Shown: piece after piece, positions 52,458-64,000 of the stretch
Layout: every line of letters begins with the position of its first letter
Numbering within the stretch: the stretch's first letter is position 1
Assembly: GCF_963921235.1 (NCBI RefSeq)
Contig: NC_086097.1
Location: 126,482,001 to 126,546,000, forward strand
Source of the DNA: Mobula hypostoma
Lineage: Eukaryota
Length of the DNA stretch: 64,000 nucleotides
Reading direction: 5' to 3'
Position numbers and translations under genes: made by a program
The notes under the pieces: model-generated
Database searches by the model: none
The model's input: the letters and a program-made list of their open reading frames with translations, nothing else
What the model was told of the DNA's origin: nothing

Positions 52458-54210
52458 AGGGAAATGCATGGCAGAAATGTGGCAAATGCTCAGGGAATAT
52501 TTGCATGGTGTTCTGCATAGATTTGTTGAGTCAGGGTGGTAGGGTAAAATAACCATGGTGTACAAAGGATGTAGAAAACCTAGTTAAGAAGAAAAGAAAA
52601 GCTTATGAAAGGTTGGAGAAACTAAGTACTGTTAGAGGTCTAGAAAATTACAAGGATGCCAGGAAGGAGCTCGAATAAAATTAGGAGAGCTAGAAGGGCT
52701 GATGAGAAGGAATTGGCGAGCAGGATTAATGAAATCCTCAAGCGAGGGAGGAGATTACTGAGCCTCTGACGATGATCTTTGAATTATCAGTAGGGATGGG
52801 AGACACACCAGAGGATTGGAAGGTTGCAAACATTGTTCCCTTGCTCAAGAAAGAGAGTAGAGATAACCCAGGAAATTGTAGACCAGTGAGTCTCAGTTCA
52901 GTAGTGGGCAAGTTGTTGGAGAAGATCCTGGGAGGCAGGATTTATGATTATTTGGAGAGACATACACTGATTAGGGTTAGTCAGCATGGCTTTGTCAAGG
53001 GCAGGTCATGCCTGACAAACCTGATTGAATTCTTTGAGGATGTAACAAAACACATTGATGAAGGTAGAGCAGTGGATGTAGTGTATATGGATTTCAGTGA
53101 GGCATAGGATCCAGGGAGACCTTGCTTTGTGGATTGAGAATTGGCTTGCCCACAGAAGGCAAAGGGTGGTTATGGATGGTTCGTATTCTGCATGGAAAGC
53201 GGTGACCGGAGGTGTTCCACAGGGATCTGTTGTGGAACCTCTCCTCTGCGATTTTTATAAATGACATGGATGAGGAAGTAGAAGGTTGGGTTAGTAAGTT
53301 TGCTGATGACGGAAAAGTTGGTGTTGTGGATCGTCTGAAGGGTTTTCAGAGGTTACAGCGGGACATTGATAGGATGCAGAACTGGGCTGAGAAGTGGCAG
53401 ATGGAGTTGAACCCAGATAAGTGTGAAGGGGTTCATTTGGTAGGTCACATTTGAAGACAAGAGTATAATATTAATGGTAAGACTCTTGGCAGTGTGGAGG
53501 ATCTGAGAGATCTTGGGGTCCGTGTCCACAGGACACTCAAAGCTGCTGTGCAGGCTGACAGTGTGGTTAAAGTGTATGGTGTGTTGGCCTTCATCAATCA
53601 TGGGATTGAGATCATGAGCCGTGAGATAATTTTACAGTTATATAAGACCTTAGTTAGACACCACATGGAGTACTGTGTTCAGTTCCGATCACCTCATTAT
53701 AGGAAGGATGTGGATACTATGGAGAGAGTACAGAGGAGATTTACAAGGATGTTGCCCGGATTGGGGAGCATGCCTTATGAGAATAGGTTGAGTGAACTTG
53801 GCCTTTTCTCCTTAGAGTAACGGAGGATGAGAGGTGACCTGATAGATGTGTACAAGATGATGAGAGGCATTGATTGTGTGCATAACCAGGGGCTTTTCCC
53901 AGGGCTGAAATGGCTAACACAAGGGGGCATGGTTTTAAGGTACTGGGAAGCAGGTACAAGGGGGATATCAGTGGTAAGTTTTTTCACACACAGTGTGGTA
54001 GGTGTGTGGAATGCACTGCCAGCGACGGTGGTAGAGGATACAATAGGGACTTTTAAGAGACTCTTAGATAGGTACATGGAGCTTAGAAAAATAGAGGGCT
54101 ATGCGGTAGAAAAATTCTAGGCAGCTTCTAGAGTAGGTTACATGGTCGGTATGACATTGTGGGCCGAAGGGCCTGTAATGTACTGTAGATTTTCAATATT
54201 GTATGTTCTA
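52458..54210 (+). mobile_element. CR1 LINE fragment with deletions
   Basis: ORF pieces 52772-54120 match the CR1 RT. Confidence 0.93.
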
Positions 54211-54437
54211 ACTGAACACATTCATTTGACAGATGTTTTCATTGTACAGCAAGGTGCTTTATGCTCTCAAATGTTAGTATCTAGCTAAAAAGTAGGAATC
54301 ATTGTCTTGCTGCATACATTGTGGGTCAAAAAATCTGGAGTCTTTTTTGATACAAGTTGTATTTAACTTGTTTGTTTTCTGCATGGTTGCTTCAAGCCTC
54401 CTTCACTAGTCAAATTTTGATCCTTTTTAACCAATAG

Positions 54438-54550
54438 GCAAATGTTTATCATGCAACTACAAACAACGGAGAAAACAGAGCAATAAAGATCTACAAAACT
54501 TCAATCCTAATATTTAAAGATCGTGATAAATATGTCAGCGGTGAATTCAG
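54438..54550 (+). CDS. RIOK1: RIO kinase 1, exon 7
   Basis: [37 protein letters not shown]; ag acceptor and gtatga donor. Confidence 0.97.
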
Positions 54551-55322
54551 GTATGACATGTTGAAATATTGTGTATTAAAATTCCTTAAATTTGCACATC
54601 TGATATTTCATTTACAAACAATATAAAAGACACATCCTGCACCTCACTCGTTCTGTTATTCTGTTTTAGGTACTATAACCTTCTCTGTAATGTGCATGCT
54701 GTTCACATGATTAAACACTTGATATGCAAAGATCTCCGAAAATGGAGTCGACCAGTCTTCATTGAACTAGTGTGGCATATGAATTCTGCAGATGAAACGC
54801 AGGAAGTAAAGCAAATTGTCAGTGAAACATTCCAAATAATTGAATTTTTGAATAATACATGTAAATTTATATTAATATTTGTTATTATCATTTTAGTCAT
54901 TGTTGTTATTGCATAACACATGATGAAGACAAATAACCTTTCCTTACCAGGACATCTTTCATGTGACGGGAGCTCCCAACCTGGGTCCACGGACGGTTAA
55001 TTGTAAGGCTTCATGCCATAAAAAAGGTTGGGAATACCTGGTCTAAGAAATTTAAAACAAACTATTTCTTGAAGCTGCTGATATTATAGGCCATACCTAT
55101 GTATTTGTGGCTTATTATTCTGCGACAGTATGAATACTAGTTTTCATGATTTAACATGTACAATAGGGCTACATTATTTAAAGAAAATTTTAAAAAGGCA
55201 TTGAATAGTATAGAATGGAACTATTTATAACCTTTTATAAAAAGAAGTCCTTCTTTTGTAATGAAGGCTTGTAATTAAAGTTTTTGAGCACATTTTGTTG
55301 AAAGGGCAATTCTTTTTTTCAG

Positions 55323-55403
55323 ATTTCGCCATGGTTACTGCAAGGGAAATCCAAGAAAGATGGTGAGAACGTGGGCAGAGAAGGAGATGAGAAATTTGAT
55401 CAG
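55323..55403 (+). CDS. RIOK1: RIO kinase 1, exon 8 (gene continues beyond the window)
   Basis: (R)[26 protein letters not shown](R); ag acceptor and gtactg donor. Confidence 0.97.
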
Positions 55404-55573
55404 GTACTGAAAACAACAATTTGTTGGAACTTTTAGGTGGGCTTGGTAATTTTTATTTAGCACATGAATGATTGCTGCAAGGTTCATAACTGTAGAGTCC
55501 AAGGCGACTGTGGATATACTTTAAAGTTGCTGGTGAACGCAGCAGGCCAAGCAGCATCTATAGGAAGAGGCGC

Positions 55574-55609
55574 AGTCGACGTTTCAGGCCAAGACCCTTC
55601 GTCAGGACT
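55574..55609 (-). ncRNA. Minimal hammerhead ribozyme motif (left arm of the palindrome)
   Basis: Reverse complement reads AGTCCTGACGAAGGGTCTTGGCCTGAAACGTCGACT. Confidence 0.78.
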
Positions 55610-56510
55610 AACTGAAGGAAGAGTGAGTAAGGGATTTGAAAGCTGGAGGGGGAGATGCAAAATGATAGGAGAAGACAGGAGGGGGAGGGATAGAGCCGAG
55701 AGCTGGACAGGTGATAGGCAAAAGGGGATACGAGAGGATCATGGGACAGGAGGTCCGGGAAGAAAGACAAGGGGGGGGGTGACCCAGAGGATGGGCAAGA
55801 GGTATATTCAGAGGGACAGAGGAAGAAAAAGGAGAGTGAGAGAAAGAATGTGTGCATAAAAATGAATAACAGATGGGGTACGAGGGGGAGGTGGGGCCTT
55901 AGCGGAAGTTAGAGAAGTCAATGTTCATGCCATCAGGTTGGAGGCTACCCAGACGGAATATAAGGTGTTGTTCCTCCAACCTGAGTGTGGCTTCATCTTT
56001 AAAGTAGAGGAGGCCGTGGATAGACATGTCAGAATGGGAATGGGATGTGGAATTAAAATGTGTGGCCACTGGGAGATCCTGCTTTCTCTGGCGGACAGAG
56101 CTCTGTCCGCCAGAGAAAGCAGGATCTCACAGGTTGGAGGAACAACACCTTATATTCCGTCTGGGTAGCCTCCAACCTGATGGCATGAACATTGACTTCT
56201 CTAACTTCCACTAAGGCCCCACCTCCCCCTCGTACCCCATCTGTTACTCATTTTTATGCACACATTCTTTCTCTCACTCTCCTTTTTCTTCCTCTGTCCC
56301 TCTGAATATACCTCTTGCCCATCCTCTGGGTCACCCCCCCCCCCTGTCTTTCTTCCCGGACCTCCTGTCCCATGATCCTCTCGTATCCCCTTTTGCCTAT
56401 CACCTGTCCAGCTCTCGGCTCTATCCCTCCCCCTCCTGTCTTCTCCTATCATTTTGCATCTCCCCCTCCCCCTCCAGCTTTCAAATCCCTTACTCACTCT
56501 TCCTTCAGTT

Positions 56511-56546
56511 AGTCCTGACGAAGGGTCTCGGCCTGAAACGTCGACT
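56511..56546 (+). ncRNA. Minimal hammerhead ribozyme motif (right arm of the palindrome)
   Basis: Same sequence as the 31850 motif. Confidence 0.8.
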
Positions 56547-56754
56547 GTGCCTCTTCCTATAGATGCTGCTTGGCCTGCTGCGTTCACCAGCAACTTTGAT
56601 GTATGTTGCTTGAATTTCCAGCATCTGCAGAATTCCTGTTGTTTGTGGATATACTTTGTATAGTGTCAATTTTTGTTTTCTCCTGAACATTCTGACAATT
56701 TGATGGTAGTTCCCAAATCTGGTCTCAAATGCTTTCAAACAGTAGTAAAGGATA

Positions 56755-58165
56755 AACACGAGATTTGTGCAGATGTTGGAATTCTCGAGCAACACTCAAA
56801 ATGCTGGAGGAACTCAACAAACCAGGTCACATCTGTGGAGGGGAATAAACTGTCGATGTTTTGGGCCAAGACCCTTCATCAGGACGGGAAAGGAAGGGGC
56901 AGAAGCAAGAATAAGAAAGTGGGGGGAGAGGAGGAGTATAAGCTGACAGGTGATAGGTGAGACCAGGTGAGTGAGTTGGGTGGGTGGGAGAGGAGTGATG
57001 ACGAAAGAAGCTGGTAGGTGATAGGTGGTGCAAGAAGTAAAGGAATGAAGAAAGAATCTCACAGGAGAGGACAATTCGTGATGGAAGAAAAGGAAAGAAG
57101 AGGGGAACCAGAGGGATGTCATGGGCAGGTGAGGATGAGGAAGGGAAAGAGTAACAAGGATGGTAAACTGGTTAAAACGAAAGGGGGGGAAATCAAGGTG
57201 CTGGAGCCTGGGCCTGAGAGTGAGGAATGGGCCAGTGTTCGGACATTGCTGGAGCAGACGTGGAGTGGATTTGAGGCGACGATCCTAGGTGAGGAGGAGT
57301 CGTCGAGTCAGTGGGGCCTGGAACTGAGAAATGTTTGACTGATTTAAGCACTGGGCCAGATTGGAAAGGTCGGATACATGCTGAATCGAATGGTGGAGCC
57401 GGGGCCCGTAAGTGAATTGAAGCTCCAGGGCCCAGGTCCGAGAGTGAGAAATGAGCTAGTGTTTTGCTGATTTAAGTGCTGGTCCAGATTGAAAAGCTCA
57501 GGGTGAGGGTGTTTGAAGGTCTTTTTTTAATGGGTTCTATTCGGTTTCTTTGTTTTGTGGTTGCCCGTAGGGAGATGAATCACAAGATTGTATGTAGTAT
57601 ACGTCCATACTTCAATAATAAATGTACTTTGAGTCTGAGGTGTTGCTCCTCCAACCTGAGTTTGGCCTCATCGTGGCAGTAGAGGAGGCTATTGACAGAC
57701 ATTTCAGAATGGGGATGGGAAATCAAATTGAAATGGGTAGCAACTATGAGATCATGCTTTTTGTTGTAGACAGAGTGAAGATGCTCAACACAGCAGTCCT
57801 CCAGACTGCATCAGGTCCAACCAATGTCGAGAAGACCAGGCTGGGAGCACCAGATACAATCGATGAAACTAATAGACTCTTAGGTGAATTGTCGCCTTAC
57901 TTGGAAGGAGAGTTTGGAGCCCTGAATGGTGGTGAGGGAGGAGATGTAGAGGCAGCTGTAGCAATTATCATACTACATGGAAATTAGTGGAGAGGAAAAA
58001 ATGGACATTGGAGTTATGTGGAGAGCTCCCTACAGAAAGCAGAGGCAAGGTAGTGAAAGATGTGCTCGGTGGTAGAAGCCCATTGGAGATGGTGGAAGTT
58101 ACAGAGAATGATGTACTCGATATGAAGCTCGTGGAGTGGCAGGTAATGACAAAGGGAACCCGATG
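56755..58165 (-). mobile_element. Older PLE 3' part interrupted by a SINE-like repeat at about 57190-57630 (approximate)
   Basis: Terminal repeat plus a decayed GIY-YIG region colinear with the 29075 element. Confidence 0.78.
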
Positions 58166-58265
58166 AATGTTTAATTTCAAAATATTGTTGTTTATCTACT
58201 TGATTAGAAAATGTAACCTTAACATGTTTTAAAATTTGTTGTTACCTCATAAAACATGTATCATT

Positions 58266-59645
58266 CATCTCTTTAAGAAAGGAGGAGGGCAGTAGAGGAA
58301 ATTACAGACCAGTTAGCCTGACCTCAGTGGTTGGGAAGATGTTAGAGTCAATTGTTAAGGACGAGGTGATGGAGTACTTGGTGACACAGGACAAGATAGG
58401 ACAAAGACAGCATGGTTTCCTTAAGGGAAATCTTGCTTGACGAACCTGTTGGAATTCTTTAAGGGGATTACAAGTAGGATAGATTGCAGTGGATGTTGTA
58501 TATTTGGACTTTCAGAAGGCTTTTGTCAAGGTGCCACACATGAGGCTGCTTTCCAAGTTAAGAGCCCATGGTATTACAGGAAAGTTACTGGCATGTTAGA
58601 GCATTGGCTGTTAGGTAGGAGGCAGAGAGTGGGAATAAAAAATCCCTTTTCTGGTTGGCTGCCAGTGACTAGTGGTGTTCCGCAGCGGTCAGTGTTGGAA
58701 CCACTTCTTTTTATGCTGTATATTAATGATTTAGGTGATGGAATAAATGATTTTGTTGCTAAGTTTGCAAATGATACAAGGATTGGTAGTGGGGTAGATA
58801 GTGTTGAGGAAACGGGTAGGCTGCAGCAGGATTAGGAAAATGGGCAAGAAAATGGCAAATGAAATACAATGTTGGAAAACGCACGGTCATGTACTTTGGT
58901 AGTAGAAGCAAATGTGCAGACTCTTCTAAATGGGGAGAAAATCCAAAAATCTGGGATGCAAATGGACTTGGGAGTCCTTGTGCAGAAAGCCCAAAAGGTT
59001 AACTTGCAGGTTGAGTCAGTGGTGAGGAAGGCAATTGCAATGTTAGCATTCATTTCAAGAGGTCCAGAATATAAGAGCAGGGATGTGATGCTGAGGTTTT
59101 AGAAGACTCTAGTGAGGCCTCACCTCGAGTATTGTGAATAGTTTTGGGCTCCTCATCTTAAGAAAAGATGTGTTGGGATTGGAGAAGGTTCAGAGGAGGT
59201 TCACAAGGATGATTTCAGGAATGAAAGGGTTATACAAGGAACGTTTGATATCTCTGGGTCTGTACATGCGGGAATTTAGAAGGATGGGGGGGGGAATCTC
59301 ATTGAAACCTTTTTAATGTTGAAAGGCCTAGACAGGGTAGATGTGGAAAGGATGTTTCCCATGGTGGGAACCCTTGGACAAGAGGGCACAGCCTCAGGAT
59401 AGAGGGGCATCCATTTAAAGCAGAGATGCAGAGACATTTCTTTAGCCAGACGGTGGTGAATTTGTGGAGGCCAAGTTGTTGGGTGGATTTAAGGCAAAGC
59501 TTGATAGGTTCTTGATTGGACATGGCATCAGAGGTTACAGGGAGTGGGGCTGAGGAGGGGGGGGAAAAGGATCAGCCATGATTGAATGGCAGAGCAGACT
59601 CGATGGGCCAATTGCCTAATTCTGCTCCTATGTCTTATGGTCTTG
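58266..59645 (+). mobile_element. CR1 LINE fragment, second family (approximate)
   Basis: TNLLEFF, GVPQRSVL and KFANDT motifs; tcttatggtctt tail. Confidence 0.9.
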
Positions 59646-59816
59646 TATCTAAAGATGATTGTCCAAGTTATTGCTGTGACTTTTGAATAAACTCAACTTT
59701 GATTTCTTAACAATGTCTGATATTCCCAAGCCATATGGATATTGCTACTTAAGTCTGTGTGTGATGGTCTATATTTTTATGTCCTGTAGAAATAAACTGT
59801 CAATTACTTTTGATTA

Positions 59817-61492
59817 CCCTAAATTCCAGTGTATAAGCTGACCCCCAATTTTCAGGGTTAAAAAAGTGACTTTTTCATGTTACCTTTGTATAAGCCGACC
59901 CTTTTTGTAGAGGTTTTTGATTTAACCAGAAAAGATCACAAGATCTCACATGCCGGTACTCAGCTTTGCTGGATCCGGAACCTGGAAATTTTGTGAACTA
60001 GTACCTGCTAAGAAAATTGGCCTACACATTGTAGAGCGTTATAAGCAAATTCTTAATAAATAAATCAGGAAGGGAAGTTTTGGATTTGGTTCCCAATGGT
60101 AAAGAATCCTCTGGAATGTAACCCCTGTGAAGCCATTTAGCACCCATCGTAATCTTGTTAAAACATAACACGGGGTGGTGGGATCAGTACGTGTACTCAG
60201 TATTGAGTTTGCGACCACCATGTACAAAAGATTAAAACAAATGCGATATGATGTTGGCTTCAAGCTGAAGGTTGTTGATTTTGCTAAAGGAACAAATGAT
60301 TCTGCAGCTGCTAAGAAGTTTGGTGTAAACGAGAAAGAAGTGAGAGAGTGGAGAAAGGCAGAGGACACGCTGAGAGAAATGCCGAAGACGAAATGTGCAA
60401 ACCGCAGGAAAACATGCCAGTGGCCAGAACTGGAAGGAAAAGTTTTAGAGTGGGTGAATCACCAGCGATCGTCTGGATTCATTGTTACCAGAGAAATGAT
60501 TCGAGTTCAAGTGTTGAAATGGGCCGAAAAACGCCGTGAGGTCAGCGAAAATTTCAAAGCTATGCGAAGTTGGTGCACCAGATTTATAAATAGATGTGAT
60601 CTTGTGTCGAGACAAAAAAACAAAGATTGCTCAGAAGTTGCCGAGCGACCTTGAGAGTAAGATTACAGCCTTCCAATCGTTTGTAATCAAGCATCGAAAG
60701 GCACATTCTTACCCGCTCTCACTGATTGGTAACATGGACGAGACACCAATGTTTGATGTTGCTGGCAACCGCACTGTCAATCAGAAGGGGGAGAAAACAG
60801 TCCTTGTCAAAACAACTGGACACGAGAAGCAACATTTTACTGTCGTGTTAACGTGTATGGCTGCTGGGACCAAACTACTACCGATGGTGATTTTTAAGAG
60901 GAAAACATTCCCAAAGAAAGAAAAATTCCCGCGGGGTGTTGTTTACTTTCAAGAACACGGCTGGATGGACGAAGCGGGTTGCTTGAAGTGGGTTAAAGAG
61001 GTGTGGCGTCGACATCCCGAAGGTTTCAGTAAGGAAAAGTCACTACTTGTCTGAGACATGTTCAAAGCGCACTTGTCAGGTGAGACAAAAGCAGCATTGA
61101 AAGCTGAAAATACGGACATTGCAGTTATCCCCGGTGGTTTGACGTCCGTGCTCCAGCCACTAGATGTGAGTTTAAACAAACCATTCAAAGAATTCATGCG
61201 TCGACAGTGAAACGAATGGATGATGTCTGGAAATCAGTCATTCACTCCAGCGGGAAATATGAGGGCCACATCTCTAGCTACAGTTTGTGAGTGGTAGTGC
61301 AATCGTGGGAGGAAATGAAGGCCAAGTGCATTGTGAAGGCCTTCAAGAAGGCAGCATCAGCAATGCCAATAAATATGACCTGTCTTCTGTATATTCGTTT
61401 TTCCAAAGTTGGCACCCTCTGTATAAGCTGACCCTTAATTTTAGGACCAAAATATAGGGCCAAATTCTCAGCTTATACACGAGAATTTACGG
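59817..61492 (+). mobile_element. pogo-superfamily (POGK-like) DNA transposon with a disrupted transposase
   Basis: TIR CC(C/G)TAAATTC..GTGTATAAGC with TA TSD. Brinker-like YDVGFKLKVV, CENP-B HTH, MDET and QPLD motifs. Frameshift at about 60615 and internal stops. Confidence 0.92.
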
Positions 61493-61644
61493 TAATTACT
61501 TTTGAAGTGCAGTTACTATCTGTAAGTAACATGATAACCTTAGCAACAAACACAAAATGCTGAATGAACTCAGCACGTCAGGCAGCATCCATGGAAATGA
61601 ACAAGCAGTCGATGTTTTGGGCCAGGGTGCTTCTTCATGACCTA

Positions 61645-64000
61645 GTCCTAGTCATAGAGCACTACAGCTCAGAAATGGGCCCTTCAGCCCATCCTGTCTG
61701 TGCTGAACTGTTGTTCTGCTTCATCCTATCTACCCACACAAGGTATCCATACCCCTTATCCATGTGCTTGTACAAATTTGTTGTAAATATTGAAATCAAA
61801 TTCTCATCCACTTCTGCTGGCAGTTTATTCCACGCTCTCACCACCTCAGGTTCCCCTTAAATATTTCACCTTTCACCCTTAACCGATGACATCTCGTTCT
61901 AGTCTCACCTAATCTCTTTACCCCTCATAATGGTTTATACCTCTATAAATTATCCCCTTATTCTTCTGTGCTCCAAGTCCTTACCTCTTCAACCTTTCTG
62001 TATAACTCAGGTCCTCAAGTCCTGGCAATATCCTTGTAAATGTTCGTCTTTCAATTTTAGTGATATCTTTCCTGTAGGTGGGTGAACAGAACTGCACACA
62101 ATACTCCAGATTAGATGTCACCAATGTCTTGTACAACTTCAAGACAACATCCTAATTCCTTTACTCAATACAGGTTTCCCCCGCCATCCAAAGGTAGAGC
62201 GTTCCTATGAAACGGTTCGTAAGCCGAAATGTCGTAAAGCGAAGAAGCAATTACCATTTATTTATATGGGAAAATTTTGTGAGTGTTCGCAGACCCAAAA
62301 ATAACCTACCAAATCATGCCAAATAACACATAAAACCTAAAATAACAGTAACATATAGTAAAAGCAGGAATGATATGATAAATACACAGCCTATATAAAG
62401 TAGAAATACCTTTCCATGATCATTACTGCACTGTTCACCGAAGCGAAAATCTCACGCAAGCGCCGTCAGCAGAAAATCTCACGCAAGCGCTGTTGGCAAA
62501 AACAGGGCGCAAGCGCTCTCCAGTAACCTTTAAGCTATGAAGCTCCCAAATCATACCAAATAACACGTAAAAATACACAGCCGACATAAAGTAGAAATAA
62601 TGTATGCACAGTGTAGTATCACTTACTGGAATTGGGAAGACAGCGCAGAGCACACTGATGATGGTGTGTTAGACTGAGTCGTCGCAGGTTGAGTGGTGCA
62701 GTGGCCCCCAGCCTCCAGGCCGCCGACCCCATACATTGCCGCGAAGCATGCAGGGCTCCAGCGGTAGCCGGGACACATCCAGCCCATCTTTAAGAAAAAA
62801 GCCGAAATAAACATGCTAATTAATTAGGTGCTGCCCGGCACGTAATTGTCGGCAAAGATTAGAGGCAATTGCCGATTGCATCGCCTTTGATCTGGGCCAA
62901 CATTTACGTGTGGGGTGGCACCTAATTAATTAGCGTGTTTATTTTGGCTTTTTTCTTAAAGATGTGCTGTGTGCCTCCCGGCTACTGCTGCATTCTTCGC
63001 GAATCGGTACAGTATCTGTCCGTGGCCTGGGTGTTGGGGTGGTGGGACACTGGGGTGTCATCTCGTCGTCTGTTTCCATTAGAGCAGGCAGCTCATCTTC
63101 TCCTATGACTGCCCGCCTCGATGTCAAAGGTTGAGGTTCGTTGTCTGCTGTGGCTGATGTGGAAGGCTTGCTTGACTGCTGAGCCTTGCGCATTTTTCTA
63201 TCACACAGTTCTTTGTAAGGACTCAAACCATCTTGTAAATATCCCCTAAACCTATGAACCCTTTCAAAATTAAAGTCGTACCTTATCATTGCAGTGAAAA
63301 TCTCACGTAGTTGCTTCACTTTTGCTACTGCATTCAGTTTCGATTGTTACTACTGCATTTGGTTTCGATTGTTATCCTTTCCTCTTCCAATTGCATCAGC
63401 TCTTCATCTATCAGTTCTTGGTCATGGGATGCCAAAACCTCTTCAACATCATCTTTGTCAGCTTCCAAAGCCAAACTCACTTTGTCCTTACTTTGTTCAC
63501 CACGATCGAAACGCTTAATTATGTCTAGTTTTAAGCTAAGTGTAACACCCTTACAAGCTCTTTTAGGCTTTTCCGACACCATAGAACCCATCTTGCAAAC
63601 GGCTGCTCACAGGCACGTGTTAAAGCAATGCAGTTCCGAATCCGGGGGAGAGTGGCTGCTCGGGGCGCGTGCTGCCTTTTATCGCCACTGAGTTTTTTCG
63701 CGTGCTGAATTTTTTATCGCACGCTGCTTTTTTTTCATAACAGTGAGGTTTTGTGAAGCGAACACCTGAAAAGCAGGGGACACCTGTACTTTTATTTATG
63801 CAGGCCAATTTGCCATAAAACTCTCTTTATGATCCTGTCTACCTATGACACCACTTTCGAGGAATTACGGATCTGTATTCCCAGAACTCTTTTGTCTACT
63901 GCACTCCTCAGTGCCCTGCCATTCACTGTCTAAGTCCTACCCTGGTTTGTCCTCCCAAAGTGCAACACCTCATACTTATTGTTAAATTCTATCTGCCTTT
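61645..64000 (-). mobile_element. Degenerate CR1 3' part interrupted by a Tigger-like element (approximate)
   Basis: VRAWNKLPAEV remnant; the sequence resumes after 63788. Confidence 0.75.
62171..63786 (-). mobile_element. Second copy of the same Tigger-like element
   Basis: TA TSD, with the same TIRs, internal deletion and internal palindrome. Confidence 0.9.

Larger units (their letters stand above)
55523..56643. mobile_element. 1.1-kb PLE palindrome
   Basis: Spacerless centre at 56100/56101. TSD TGTGGATATACTTT at 55509-55522 and 56644-56657. Confidence 0.94.

Noticed and set aside
18705..56593. Recurrent short ORFs such as LLVNAAGQAASLGRG and LQMLEIQATHIKVAGERSRP
   Set aside because: They are translations of the non-coding PLE terminal repeat, not a gene family.
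18755..56643. CRISPR-like or MITE interpretation of the recurring palindromic repeat
   Set aside because: The copies are dispersed with no spacer array. Variable arm lengths, long TSDs and continuity with a PLE ORF indicate retrotransposition.

Overview
Eukaryotic, repeat-rich vertebrate genomic DNA. The repeat repertoire (CR1 LINEs, V-SINEs, Penelope-like elements) suggests a cartilaginous fish such as a ray; this is an inference. Two spliced genes lie head-to-head. RIOK1 is on the + strand (ATG 38515, coding exons 1-8 visible, continuing past the right edge). A coiled-coil gene is on the - strand (ATG 37600, 14 frame-consistent exons reconstructed, continuing past the left edge) and is most likely CAGE1 by synteny. 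It includes candidate 13-, 29-, 31- and 41-nt micro-exons and has two perfect CRE sites upstream. The introns hold CR1 LINEs, SINEs, Tigger/pogo and hAT elements, often nested. The most striking structure is a young Penelope-like (RT + GIY-YIG) family. Its 3' terminal repeat carries a minimal hammerhead ribozyme motif, and it has inserted repeatedly as asymmetric fold-back palindromes (161 bp to 2.9 kb) with 13-16 bp target-site duplications. Splice sites and element ends were read by eye; coordinates marked approximate may be off by tens of bases.
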